DNA of 64,000 nt from an uncultured Bacillota bacterium (GTDB lineage: Bacteria > Bacillota_I > Bacilli_A > RF39 > UBA660), in NCBI GenBank assembly GCA_946626905.1, contig CAMOVA010000001.1, positions 1,677 through 65,676 on the forward strand, in the 5' to 3' direction. Made by a program: the position numbers and the translations under genes. The notes under the pieces are model-generated. The model was not told the DNA's origin, searched no databases, and saw only the letters and a list, made by a program, of their open reading frames with translations. This document shows positions 53,157-63,145 of the stretch, in pieces; positions within the stretch are counted from its first letter, which is position 1, and the number at the start of each line of letters is the position of its first letter.

Positions 53157-54821
53157 TTAACCAACTAATTCAGTTTTACATACACCTGTGTATACATATC
53201 CTAAATTTAATAATGTTAAATCATTATAAGTACTCCATTTATAAGATACTGATCCTGGTGTAGTTGATTTAGTTCTTGATCTATATGAAGTTTTTGTGTA
53301 ATATTCATACACTGGTTCTTTTTCAGTTATTTTTTCATAACCTGTAACAATCATACGTTGTGTAGTATAACCTGTTGTATATGTTGAGTAAGATGCACAA
53401 CGATAATTTGAAGATGATGTAACTGGTGTGATTTGATATACTCTATATAAGTATACAACACCATATGTACATTCATTAGTACAATAATAATTATATTTAC
53501 CTACATATTCATATCTATATGAAGATGTTTTTAAATTAGCTGGAGCAGAAGTTAATTTAACTGTTCCAATTAATGTTTCTTTATAACTATTTACTGTTAC
53601 ATCAACAGTATATTTTGTACATACTTTTGTAGTTGAAGATCCAACTACTACAGTTTCTTCTTTTGTAATTGGTTTTGATAAATCATCTTTTGTAGTAACA
53701 TTCCATCCAATTTGTTTTCTATATTTAGAAGTTTTCTTTTGTACTTCTACATTAGATGTAGCAGATATTTCTTTTTCTGTCCAAGCAGACCATTCAGAAT
53801 ATTTAACTACACCTGCTGTTGTTTTCTTATATTCACAAACAGTTCTATATGATGGAAGACAAGCTTTCTTGTATTCTTCTTTACTTACTACATTACCATT
53901 ATCATCATAATATTTTCCATTTACTACTCTACAATAATATTTTTCTATAATAGTAGGTTCACAAGCTTTCTTGTATTCTTCTTTGCTTACTACATTACCA
54001 TAATTATCATAATATTTTCCATTTACTACTCTACAGTAATATTTTTTAGAATCACAAGCTTTTTTATATTCTTCTTTACTTACAACGTTACCATTGTTGT
54101 CATAATATTTTCCATTTACTACTCTACAGTAATATTTTTTAACAACAACTTTACTATGACATGATCTTTCATAAGCAGCTTTACTTACTACATAACCATG
54201 TTTATCATAATATTTTCCATTTACTACTTTACAATAGTATTTTTTAGGTGTTTTAACAACTACAGTATGTACTTTAGAAGCTTTCTTCTTAACATTATAT
54301 ACTTTAGTTGGTGTTCCTTTCTTCTCACAAACTGTTTTAGAACAATAATCATAACATCCCATATATACTAATAGATAATTTTCTTCTTCACCACATTTTA
54401 AGTTAACTTTCATGACATATTCATCGTTTTTCTTAGTTACTTTTACATATGATTTAGTTTTACTACATTGATTTCCATTTTTATCTTTAAATGGTAATAC
54501 AATTTTTTTATCTAACATTTCTTGTAATGTTAAAATTACTGATTCACCAGTTTTTCCTGGTAAACGCTCAATTGTAAAATAGCTTTGTGCTCCTTCTTTC
54601 ATTGACATTAAATTTTCATTGAAAATTCTGTCATATAAAATTGATAAATCTGCATTCTCTGTAACAGTAGTTGAACCACCATTATCTGATGATTTTGTAG
54701 CTTTCTTTAAATCAGTTTTAGTTGGAAATAACCAAAGTAAAATAAAGATAAATAAAGCCACAAATAAAAATTGTAAAATTACGCTTCTTACGCTAAAATT
54801 ATTTCTTGATTCAGTATACAT
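53157..54821 (-). CDS. N-terminally TM-anchored protein with 4-5 tandem 33-aa Cys-containing repeats (KYYCRVVNGKYYDnnGNVVSKEEYKKAC) and a Tyr/Thr/Ser-rich C-terminal domain
   Basis: 554 aa. Repeats read directly from the translation. The NGKYYD core is reminiscent of cell-wall/choline-binding repeats (NGKWYY). Confidence 0.5.
   Translation of the reverse strand: MYTESRNNFSVRSVILQFLFVALFIFILLWLFPTKTDLKKATKSSDNGGSTTVTENADLSILYDRIFNENLMSMKEGAQSYFTIERLPGKTGESVILTLQEMLDKKIVLPFKDKNGNQCSKTKSYVKVTKKNDEYVMKVNLKCGEEENYLLVYMGCYDYCSKTVCEKKGTPTKVYNVKKKASKVHTVVVKTPKKYYCKVVNGKYYDKHGYVVSKAAYERSCHSKVVVKKYYCRVVNGKYYDNNGNVVSKEEYKKACDSKKYYCRVVNGKYYDNYGNVVSKEEYKKACEPTIIEKYYCRVVNGKYYDDNGNVVSKEEYKKACLPSYRTVCEYKKTTAGVVKYSEWSAWTEKEISATSNVEVQKKTSKYRKQIGWNVTTKDDLSKPITKEETVVVGSSTTKVCTKYTVDVTVNSYKETLIGTVKLTSAPANLKTSSYRYEYVGKYNYYCTNECTYGVVYLYRVYQITPVTSSSNYRCASYSTYTTGYTTQRMIVTGYEKITEKEPVYEYYTKTSYRSRTKSTTPGSVSYKWSTYNDLTLLNLGYVYTGVCKTELVG
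53850..54270. repeat. imperfect tandem DNA repeats of roughly 99 nt, 4-5 copies, encoding the 33-aa protein repeats
   Basis: Recurring blocks ...tattttccatttactactctacagtaatattttt... / ...cttgtattcttctttgcttactacattacc... Confidence 0.6.
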
Positions 54822-54853
54822 AATACTCCCCCCTTAAAAATTTTACGAGGCCT

Positions 54854-54882
54854 ATGATAACACAAAAATATATTATTGTCAA
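54854..54882 (-). promoter_or_regulatory. sigmaA promoter TTGACA-17-TATCAT for the repeat-protein/lipoprotein operon
   Basis: Read directly on the minus strand. Confidence 0.45.
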
Positions 54883-54904
54883 GTTTTTAATATCTTTTTA
54901 GCAA

Positions 54905-54937
54905 ACAAAAATAACCCTTAAATTATAAGGGCTATTT
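54905..54937 (-). terminator. terminator after the Smr gene
   Basis: AUAGCCCUUAUAAUUUAAGGGUUAU then UUUUUG. Confidence 0.45.
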
Positions 54938-55192
54938 TACATTTATTCGAACAATAGTACTTCCTGTATTATTATAACAAATTTTATACTCTAAAACATG
55001 CTTATTTTTCCTTAAAACCTCATGTGTTGTTGCTTTTAAAACACCTGTTCCAATACCATGAACTATTACAAATTCTTTATTTTTTAATTTAATATTATCA
55101 TTTATGAAGTCTATTATAGCTACTCTAGCACTTTCTCTATCAAATCCATGTAAATCTAGTGATGGTAAATTTTTTATAAATACTGTATCCAT
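54932..55192 (-). CDS. stand-alone Smr-domain protein
   Basis: LDLHGFDRESARVAI...IVHGIGTGVLK are Smr motifs. Confidence 0.6.
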   Translation of the reverse strand: MDTVFIKNLPSLDLHGFDRESARVAIIDFINDNIKLKNKEFVIVHGIGTGVLKATTHEVLRKNKHVLEYKICYNNTGSTIVRINVK

Positions 55193-55193
55193 A

Positions 55194-56342
55194 CTAACCT
55201 ATTCTTCTTTTGTGTTTAGCAATAATATTAGTAAGAATTATAAAGAAAATACTAAATATTACCATCATAAACATATTTGTAAATATAGGTTTTAAAGTAT
55301 CAAAATTAACTATTTCTAGAGTTGACGCTCTATTATTATTATCAACATAATAATAAGTTGGAAGTATACGACTTATTTTTATAACACTATTAGGTAAATA
55401 TTCTACTGGTACAAATACACCACATACAAAACTTGATCCTATAGCTAAAACATTAATAATTCCTGAAATAGCATTCTTATTATTCAAGATATTTCCTATT
55501 AGGAATGCTAGTGCTGTACTTGATAATATAAATACTAATAAATTAATAATATATATAACACCTTGTTTTGAAGTCATAACATTACCAATTAATATAAAAC
55601 TTAGTAATACATAAAAAGCCCATAAACTTAAAGAAAATAAACCATTAGATATTAATAATTGTCTATTATGTTTTTTATAATTCATACTACTAATAGATGT
55701 TCTTTTTCTTATTTTTTCACATTTAAAACTAGATAAAACTATACAAATAATATAAACTAATGACGCTAATACACTATATGCTGTAAAAGTATAATAGAAA
55801 TTTGCTTTTGCTAATTTATTTGTATCTAACTTAGTTGTTACTTTAACAGAAGCTTCCTTTTTTATTGTTTGATTTATTTTATTAATAAGTTCATCTTCAT
55901 TTTTAACACTTTTTAAGTATATATTAGATATTTTTAAATATCTTGTAATTATTTGTTCTGCTAATGCTGAATTATAGTTATCCTTTTTCTTAATACTTAA
56001 TTTAGGATTTTTTAGATTTAAATAATCTTCAGTATAGTTTTTTGGAATATAAACAATATAATGTACATCTTCATAGAAAATAGCATCATCTCTTGCTTCT
56101 TCTGTATCATTTATTTTAACTTGTTTACTATTATCTTTAATATATTTAATAAAGTTTTTTGTTATCTTAGTATCTTTATCTTCATTTATAACTAAAATAT
56201 TAGGTTTAGCTGCACTAAATTTAGTAGCAGAATCACTGTTATTTAAACTGAAAACTGTAAAAAACACTAATAAAGATGTATATAAAATTAAATATGCTTT
56301 ATTCTTTTTAAATATTTTTAACATTGTTTTAAATACTATCAT
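55194..56342 (-). CDS. ABC-2 family transporter permease
   Basis: 382 aa. N-terminal TM, extracytoplasmic domain, 5 C-terminal TMs. Confidence 0.65.
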   Translation of the reverse strand: MIVFKTMLKIFKKNKAYLILYTSLLVFFTVFSLNNSDSATKFSAAKPNILVINEDKDTKITKNFIKYIKDNSKQVKINDTEEARDDAIFYEDVHYIVYIPKNYTEDYLNLKNPKLSIKKKDNYNSALAEQIITRYLKISNIYLKSVKNEDELINKINQTIKKEASVKVTTKLDTNKLAKANFYYTFTAYSVLASLVYIICIVLSSFKCEKIRKRTSISSMNYKKHNRQLLISNGLFSLSLWAFYVLLSFILIGNVMTSKQGVIYIINLLVFILSSTALAFLIGNILNNKNAISGIINVLAIGSSFVCGVFVPVEYLPNSVIKISRILPTYYYVDNNNRASTLEIVNFDTLKPIFTNMFMMVIFSIFFIILTNIIAKHKRRIG

Positions 56343-57465
56343 ATTTTTGTCTCCTTAAACTATTATAAGATAATAAGATTAATATAAATGAAAATAATAG
56401 TAAACTAATAATATCAAAATAGTATCTATTAAATGTATCATAGTAATATAGTGAATAAAAACCATCAGTTATCATATTAGCTGGATTTATTTTGTTAAGT
56501 AGTGGTATATTTTTATCTATTATATATTTCATAGTAACACCCATCATACCTGCGAAGAAAACACCAACCATTGAAATACTAAGAATTATTCCAAGTTTAC
56601 CATTTTCACTTGTTTTAACAACGGTTGATACAAAAAGGCCTAAAGATAAACCTGCTAAACTACCAACCAATGATAACAAAATTATATATTCTAAATGATT
56701 ACCATAATCAACATTTAAAGCAAATATTGTATACAAATATAGAAGAATTAATCCTACTAATTGAACTAAATAAGATGATAAAAGTGAACTAAATACTAAT
56801 TTCATCTTTTTTGTAGGAGAAACAGAAATTCTTTTACCTACATTAGTCATATCAGGTAAAACTTTGTTAACCGCAGCCATAGATAACATTGCTCCATATA
56901 AACAAGTCATCGCAATTAGTGTGTAAAACTCTACCATCATAACATCTACATCTGTTTTAGATTTGTTATCATATTCAATATTATCATTAAGCATTGCTTC
57001 AACCGTTTGATATATTTGTTTATAATCAATTTCTTTTGATGTACTACCTATTATGTATCTTGCTTCTTCTAATTCATCCACTACATATTTAAATATAGTT
57101 TCATTAATACCATTTGAATTTATTGTTAAAACAGGATCATTATTTTTTAATTCTAAATATCCAACTATTTTTTTATCTTTAAGTAATTTTTTAGCTTTTG
57201 TTTCTGTCACATATTTAGTATTGAATAATTTTTCATCACCTTTACTTAAAAAATCAAATGTTGTTTTATAAATTACATTATTATTAAATTCTTCTGAATT
57301 AATAACTGCTATATCAATTGTCTTTAATTTATCATTTTCTGCTATATCTTTAAATGCCATATGAAAAAAGGTTCCTAATATTAAAGGAAAAGCAAAAGTC
57401 CAAAATATTAAACTTTTATCCTTTAATAAAGTTTTTAACGAATATTTAAAATTATGAAAAAACAT
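56329..57465 (-). CDS. ABC-2 family transporter permease
   Basis: 378 aa, same architecture; overlaps the neighbouring gene. Confidence 0.65.
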   Translation of the reverse strand: MFFHNFKYSLKTLLKDKSLIFWTFAFPLILGTFFHMAFKDIAENDKLKTIDIAVINSEEFNNNVIYKTTFDFLSKGDEKLFNTKYVTETKAKKLLKDKKIVGYLELKNNDPVLTINSNGINETIFKYVVDELEEARYIIGSTSKEIDYKQIYQTVEAMLNDNIEYDNKSKTDVDVMMVEFYTLIAMTCLYGAMLSMAAVNKVLPDMTNVGKRISVSPTKKMKLVFSSLLSSYLVQLVGLILLYLYTIFALNVDYGNHLEYIILLSLVGSLAGLSLGLFVSTVVKTSENGKLGIILSISMVGVFFAGMMGVTMKYIIDKNIPLLNKINPANMITDGFYSLYYYDTFNRYYFDIISLLLFSFILILLSYNSLRRQKYDSI

Positions 57466-58403
57466 TAATCTCTAAGTTCCTTACCAGTTAATTCTAAGAA
57501 TACATCGTTTAAAGTTGGTCTTTCTGAATATATTCTTGTATATTTAATTTTCTTGTTTTTTAAATATTCCATTATTTCAACCAAATTATTTCTACCTTTT
57601 TTATAAGTTATAACAAGCATATTATCACTATAAGATACAACATCTACATTTTTGAAACTTGTTATTTCTTCAATATGTTTATCACTTATTCCATTAACTT
57701 CAACAATAACTTTTTCTTGAGTACTTGTTAATTTCTTTAATTCATCACATGTTCCACCAGCTATTATTTTACCTTTATCTAGAATAATAACTCTATCGCA
57801 TAGTATTTCTACTTCTTCCATATAATGAGTTGTATATACAATAGTGGCACCATTATCTCTTAATTTTTTAATTCCATTTAAAATATTGTTTCTACTTTGT
57901 GGATCTACCGCAACTGTTGGTTCATCTAAGAATATTAAAGAAGGTTTATGCGCTATACCACAAGCTATATTAAGTCTTCTAAGTAAACCACCTGATAATT
58001 GTTTTGGATAATATTTTTTAAAATCAGCTAATCCAACTAAATTAATAGCTTCTTCCACATATTTTTGTCTAACTTCTTTATCTTTTATATATAGTCCACA
58101 AAAATAATTAATATTATCTAATACTGTTAATTCATCAAAAACAGCAACATCTTGGAATATAACACCTATTTTTGATTTAATGTTATATGCACTTGGTTTC
58201 ATTTCTTTACCAAATATTTTTATTTTACCGTTACTATATTTAAGTAAAGATAAAATACAATTAATAGTTGTAGACTTACCACTACCATTTGGGCCTAATA
58301 GTCCTAAGATTTCACCTTTATTAACTTCAAATGACAAATCATCTACTGCTTTTACATTCTTATACTCTTTTGTTAAATTCTTAACTTCTATTATCTTTTC
58401 CAT
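57465..58403 (-). CDS. ABC transporter ATP-binding protein (ABC-2/bacitracin-type with C-terminal extension)
   Basis: GPNGSGKST, LSGGLLRRLNIACG, IFLDEPTVAVD. Confidence 0.9.
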   Translation of the reverse strand: MEKIIEVKNLTKEYKNVKAVDDLSFEVNKGEILGLLGPNGSGKSTTINCILSLLKYSNGKIKIFGKEMKPSAYNIKSKIGVIFQDVAVFDELTVLDNINYFCGLYIKDKEVRQKYVEEAINLVGLADFKKYYPKQLSGGLLRRLNIACGIAHKPSLIFLDEPTVAVDPQSRNNILNGIKKLRDNGATIVYTTHYMEEVEILCDRVIILDKGKIIAGGTCDELKKLTSTQEKVIVEVNGISDKHIEEITSFKNVDVVSYSDNMLVITYKKGRNNLVEIMEYLKNKKIKYTRIYSERPTLNDVFLELTGKELRD

Positions 58404-58488
58404 TTGTTCACCTCGTATAAAATTATATAGTTTATTTTAGTTGCACTCCACCAATCACACTTGGAAATTTGTCAACTTTGCTTAACAA

Positions 58489-59118
58489 TCACTTTTTTAA
58501 TATGTATTTTTTGACTAATTTTCTATATTCATCATCCAATTTTTTATAATGAGCTTTATATTCTTCTTCACTTCTTTCTTGAAAATATTTATTAGCGTTA
58601 ACATCATAACTTATACATTCAAGAACTCCACCTCTTGGACTGCTTTTGTCAAATGGTTTAGTTGTTAATAAAAACTTAGTTTCTTCAATACAATCTGAAT
58701 AAACATTTCCATCTTTATCTATTAAACATACTCCTGTATGATAAGCAGCTAAACTCTCTTTACCATGTTCGTTTAATTTATCAATATAATATTTTAATAT
58801 AACTTCATCTGATAATCCTTCTACACCATTAATACGTTTAACAAACAATCCTGGTTGTTCTTCATTGCTAAATTTATCAATATATAATCCAGAATCTTCT
58901 GCAATAGTAGGTATTTTAGTAGCTTCATAATATTGTTTTGCTTTTTTGATAGCATTTTCTTCTGGAGTATTTCCATCTTCTACAATATCTAAATCTAGTC
59001 CAATCATTTTAGGTGTTATAACATTTATCTCCTTAAATTCTTTTAAACGTTCTTTCATCATCTTATATTTCATTTCATTTCCTGTTCCAAATAATAAATC
59101 CATATCACATTCCTCCAC
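58489..59118 (-). CDS. Ham1/RdgB-like non-canonical NTP pyrophosphatase (divergent)
   Basis: FGTGNEMKYKMMKERLKEF, PEENAIKKA, AEDSGLYID...QPGLFVKR. Confidence 0.5.
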   Translation of the reverse strand: MEECDMDLLFGTGNEMKYKMMKERLKEFKEINVITPKMIGLDLDIVEDGNTPEENAIKKAKQYYEATKIPTIAEDSGLYIDKFSNEEQPGLFVKRINGVEGLSDEVILKYYIDKLNEHGKESLAAYHTGVCLIDKDGNVYSDCIEETKFLLTTKPFDKSSPRGGVLECISYDVNANKYFQERSEEEYKAHYKKLDDEYRKLVKKYILKK

Positions 59119-59150
59119 TTAATTATTATAACATATAAAAAGTAGATATT

Positions 59151-59651
59151 TTATCTACTTTTTAATTCTACTGTCTTTAACATCTCAATAAATTCTCTAT
59201 ATTGTGTTTTAGTTATAAAATCATCAAAATTACTCATAGAAAATTCAAATACATAATCACCATCTTTAACATAAGCTCTTGCATTAACATCATCAAAATC
59301 ATCTTGTCCTGTATAACCTATATAAAATGTCTTACCATTTATTGTCATTGTTGTTTTATGAGTTAAATAATCTATATATTCATCAATATCTATTTTTTCA
59401 TTAGAAAAAACATCTATGCCTTTATAAGAAAAAACACCTACCATGAATCTTCCAAAATTATTTTTATTATCATAACTTATTTGAACTAAAGTTTTATTAT
59501 CATCATTCCAATATAATTTTTCACTAACTTTATAATTATCTAATATAGAATAATCTATCAATTTATCAAGACTTTCTGGTGTAGTTTTTTGATTTGATCT
59601 ACACCCTACCAATAATAATAAACACGCGCTTACTAATATTAGCTTTTTCAT
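59151..59651 (-). CDS. lipoprotein, hypothetical
   Basis: Lipobox LLVGC. Confidence 0.5.
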   Translation of the reverse strand: MKKLILVSACLLLLVGCRSNQKTTPESLDKLIDYSILDNYKVSEKLYWNDDNKTLVQISYDNKNNFGRFMVGVFSYKGIDVFSNEKIDIDEYIDYLTHKTTMTINGKTFYIGYTGQDDFDDVNARAYVKDGDYVFEFSMSNFDDFITKTQYREFIEMLKTVELKSR

Positions 59652-59659
59652 ATTATCAC

Positions 59660-60052
59660 CTAAACTTCAATTACTTTTGGATCTTCATAAAATGAATAAA
59701 TAGTTGCTTTTATATTTGTTAAATATAATACTTCTGTATTATCATCTTCTGCACTATACATTGCTTTAAGTTCTGGATTAGCATCTAACATACTCTTTTT
59801 AGCTTCTATTCTATCATCTCTAACAACAGTAGCTTCTACTCTAATCCATCTACCATCAAGAAATGCACTTATTTCTACATTTGGATTTATTTCCATTTGT
59901 TTTGATACTTCTTTTGATTTACCTGTTTGAATGTATAATTTATCTTCAAAAATATTTAGTGCTCCAAAAGGTCTTACTCTTGCATTTTTACCATCTGTAG
60001 TTGCTATATAAAAACATCCACATTTTTTTAAAAAATCATATATTTCTTTCAT
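59660..60052 (-). CDS. PNPOx-like FMN-binding split-barrel protein
   Basis: 130 aa, CFYIATTDGKNARVRPFG... typical of the pyridoxamine-phosphate-oxidase-like / general stress protein 26 fold. Confidence 0.55.
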   Translation of the reverse strand: MKEIYDFLKKCGCFYIATTDGKNARVRPFGALNIFEDKLYIQTGKSKEVSKQMEINPNVEISAFLDGRWIRVEATVVRDDRIEAKKSMLDANPELKAMYSAEDDNTEVLYLTNIKATIYSFYEDPKVIEV

Positions 60053-60054
60053 AA

Positions 60055-60558
60055 TTAATTCTCCTTATTCTTTCTAATTTTTATTTTAAAAATAGTCTCA
60101 TTTTCTTTTTCTTCACTATCAATAATTTCTACATTCTCTAAACAAGAATATATATATTTCTTGATTGTTTTTAATTCTTTTTTATATGCTAATGTGTTAG
60201 TATGCATTAAACTTCTATGAAGCTTTTTATCTATACAATTACACGAAAGAAGTGTATCTATAAAAAAGGCATTATCCATTCTGACGCATTCCCTATCATA
60301 TATAATCTCCTCTACAAATTCTTTTAAATTATATCCTTCTTCATACATCAATTTTATATAATTTTCTGCATCAGCTTCAACATAAATATATTTTGAAACA
60401 ATATATTTTTTTATTTCATTTTCTTTTTCTTCTTCATTTGTCCAAGAAGCAATGATTGTGTCAGAATCACCACATTCTTCACAAATAGAAGTTATAATTT
60501 CTTTATCTTGACTAGATACATAAATACCTCCAAGATGTGATTCAACTAAATATTTCAT
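60055..60558 (-). CDS. hypothetical protein
   Basis: 167 aa, a single CEEC pair, no family recognised. Confidence 0.4.
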   Translation of the reverse strand: MKYLVESHLGGIYVSSQDKEIITSICEECGDSDTIIASWTNEEEKENEIKKYIVSKYIYVEADAENYIKLMYEEGYNLKEFVEEIIYDRECVRMDNAFFIDTLLSCNCIDKKLHRSLMHTNTLAYKKELKTIKKYIYSCLENVEIIDSEEKENETIFKIKIRKNKEN

Positions 60559-60580
60559 GCTTACCTCCTATATAATTATA

Positions 60581-61108
60581 TCATCTTATTTTTGAATTAA
60601 AATTATTATTTAACATTAAAATATTTTTTACTTCTTCTTTATGTTTATATAAAAGTCCTTCTTCTTCTATATTTTCTGAATAATTAATTGTTTTAACTAA
60701 ATGATCTCTTACCTTATTTAAATCAGAACGACTGGCCCCTAAATCATCATCATCAATTACACAATAATGTTCTATTTCAGGATGATTATGTAAATACTCT
60801 AATATTTCATCTTCTTTCCAAATAGGTGTGAATACTCCAGGTCTTAATTCTTTTGCTACTGTAGGAGTTCTTCCAATACAATCTATCCCATATTTTTTAA
60901 AAAGATTTAATATATTTCTTATCCATTCTACACTTGTTTGTAATGTTACTTCATCTATACATTCTTTATGACTTGTTGATACTACTATTTTAGAATCTGT
61001 TTCTTTACATATTTCAGATAATATTTTAATTCTTCTTTCAATATCTATATCATTTTTATAGTGATATGTATTCAAAACTCCATCGAAATCTAAGAATATA
61101 ACATTCAC
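60581..61108 (-). CDS. HAD-superfamily hydrolase-like protein
   Basis: FLDFDGVLN (DxDG motif I) and a CVIDDD acidic motif. Confidence 0.5.
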   Translation of the reverse strand: MNVIFLDFDGVLNTYHYKNDIDIERRIKILSEICKETDSKIVVSTSHKECIDEVTLQTSVEWIRNILNLFKKYGIDCIGRTPTVAKELRPGVFTPIWKEDEILEYLHNHPEIEHYCVIDDDDLGASRSDLNKVRDHLVKTINYSENIEEEGLLYKHKEEVKNILMLNNNFNSKIR

Positions 61109-61182
61109 ATTATCACCTCATACTGTATAATATTATTTTAACATATTTAGTTATTTTTTTAAAATATATGTTATAATGTTTA

Positions 61183-61225
61183 CAACTAGTTGACCTACAC
61201 ACCCTAGTATAAAAAATGGAAGGAG
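61183..61225 (+). ncRNA. preQ1-I riboswitch (translational, sequesters the SD of the transporter gene)
   Basis: ACUAG-UUGACCUACACACC-CUAGU-AUAAAAAAUGGAAGGAG closely matches the B. subtilis queC preQ1-I aptamer AGAGG-UUCUAGCUACACC-CUCU-AUAAAAAACUAAGGA. 5-bp P1 stem, CUACAC(A)CC loop, A-rich tail running into the RBS. A TATAAT -10 lies at 61173-61178. Confidence 0.6.
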
Positions 61226-61233
61226 AAAAAGAT

Positions 61234-61893
61234 ATGAATATATTATATGGATTTATTAACATTGTAGTTACTTTTTCTTTAGTTGTTTTAATTGAAAAAT
61301 TGTTTAAAAAAGAAGGTATATATGTATGGCTTAGTATAGCTACTATCTTAGCAAACTTAACAGTTTGTAAAATGGTTGATATACTCGGTTATACAACTAG
61401 CCTAGGAAATGTATTATTTGCATCTACTTTTTTAGCAACTGATATCATGTCAGAAAAATATGGTAAAGCGGACGCTAAACGAGGTGTATATATTAGTATA
61501 TTTAGCGGATTAACATTCATTGTCATTACTCAATTAACACTTCTATTTATACCAAGTTCAGATGATGTTGTTAATGGTGCAATGAAAACATTATTTAATG
61601 TTTCTATTAGAACAACAGCAGCAAGTATGTTTATGTTTTTTATAAGTAATATGGCAGATATATATTTATATAATAAATTAAAGAACATATATCCTAAAAA
61701 AATATGGCTTAGAAATAATGTATCTACAATATTGTGTAATTGTATAGAAAACTATTTTTTCAATACACTTGCTTTTATAGGTATATTTCCAATGTCAGTT
61801 ATTATTTCTATAGCAACAACTACTACTGTTATCGAAATAATTATTGCACTTTGTGATACACCATTTTTATATTTATCTAAAAAACTAAAATAA
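61234..61893 (+). CDS. yhhQ: queuosine-precursor transporter, YhhQ/COG1738 (DUF165) family
   Basis: 6-TM protein with a TDxxxExYG-type motif (ATDIMSEKYGKADAKRGV). RBS GGAAGGAG before ATG (MNILYG). Confidence 0.65.
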   Translation: MNILYGFINIVVTFSLVVLIEKLFKKEGIYVWLSIATILANLTVCKMVDILGYTTSLGNVLFASTFLATDIMSEKYGKADAKRGVYISIFSGLTFIVITQLTLLFIPSSDDVVNGAMKTLFNVSIRTTAASMFMFFISNMADIYLYNKLKNIYPKKIWLRNNVSTILCNCIENYFFNTLAFIGIFPMSVIISIATTTTVIEIIIALCDTPFLYLSKKLK

Positions 61894-61921
61894 AAAAAGA
61901 TTTAGAAATTCTAAATCTTTT

Positions 61922-62263
61922 TTATTTTATTGGCATAAATATAAAAAACGAAATAATATCAATTACTAGTAATATCAAAAATAATATACCTAAAAATTTT
62001 ACAGCTTTAATTGTCATACCAGCAAGCTTTTCTGTATTTGAAACTTTTTCCACAACAATATTTTGAATATCATTATTCAAAAGATCATCTATGCTTACTT
62101 TTAAAACTTTAGATAAAAGTTTTAATTGTTCTGGATTTGGTGATGTTTCATTTAATTCCCAATTTGATATTGTTTGTCTAGTAACATCAACTAATTCTCC
62201 TAATTGTTCTTGAGAATATCCACACTTTTTTCTTAATTCTAATATTTTTTCTCCTAATGACAT
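61922..62263 (-). CDS. XRE-family HTH regulator with C-terminal TM anchor
   Basis: ILELRKKCGYSQEQLGELVDVTRQTISNWE plus a C-terminal hydrophobic helix. Confidence 0.7.
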   Translation of the reverse strand: MSLGEKILELRKKCGYSQEQLGELVDVTRQTISNWELNETSPNPEQLKLLSKVLKVSIDDLLNNDIQNIVVEKVSNTEKLAGMTIKAVKFLGILFLILLVIDIISFFIFMPIK

Positions 62264-62386
62264 ATTCTTTCTCCTTTCATTTTCATTATAAATAATTACA
62301 TATTAACATTTCTACCAAAGGTCTTTGGAAATTTGTCAAAGATATTTAACAATATAATTATATCATAAAAAAAACTAATTATATTC

Positions 62387-63145
62387 TTAGTTTTTTTTAT
62401 TTTTAATCAAAGCATTTGTTGTTATATATGCTGTTATAGGAATGACCAAAATACATCCAATTGCACTAAATAATATTCTAATTAATTCAGCTGCAAATGT
62501 TTTTTCATTTACAATATCTAAAAAAGAATAATCACATTTATAAAACCAAATTAATAAAGTCATGAAATCCCCTAAAAACGCAAACATTAAAGTATTTGTC
62601 GTTGTACATAAAATATCTTTACCAATATTCATTCCAGATTTAAACAATTCGCTTTTAGATAAATCTTTATTATTTTCATATACTTCATAAAGTGCTGAAG
62701 AAATAGCAATTGATGAATCAACAGTTGCGCCTATTAAACTTATTAAAATCATAGAAACAGCTATATCCGTATAATCTATTTTTACATCATATGAAAACAT
62801 ATTAATCTCTTCATAAGATTCATAACCAAAGCCAGCAATTCTAGATATATATGTCATAAAAAATATTAGAAATAATAATATAATCAAAACAATTACAATT
62901 GATTTTAAACTTGCTCTTGTTTTAATATTTTTTTCATTTACATAAAAAAGTATAATATAACTAACAATAAAACATCCTAACAAAGAACAAATAATTGGAT
63001 TTAAACCTAACGCTATCAAATAAAATATCATCATCAATATTAGAAAATTAAATACTAATGACAAAAATAATTTTATTCCTCTTTTTTTATCTATATATAT
63101 CATTAGTAAAAACAATAATAATATTAGTATTGTATTTGTTTTCAT
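62387..63145 (-). CDS. polytopic membrane protein (possibly YibE/F-like)
   Basis: 252 aa, hydrophobic throughout; paired with the next gene (4-nt overlap). Confidence 0.4.
   Translation of the reverse strand: MKTNTILILLLFLLMIYIDKKRGIKLFLSLVFNFLILMMIFYLIALGLNPIICSLLGCFIVSYIILFYVNEKNIKTRASLKSIVIVLIILLFLIFFMTYISRIAGFGYESYEEINMFSYDVKIDYTDIAVSMILISLIGATVDSSIAISSALYEVYENNKDLSKSELFKSGMNIGKDILCTTTNTLMFAFLGDFMTLLIWFYKCDYSFLDIVNEKTFAAELIRILFSAIGCILVIPITAYITTNALIKNKKN

Noticed and set aside
43694-54821. Island as prophage, ICE or transposon
   Set aside because: No integrase, recombinase, transposase, terminase, capsid or conjugation genes. No flanking tRNA or direct repeats were seen. It is treated as a chromosomal surface-protein accessory region.
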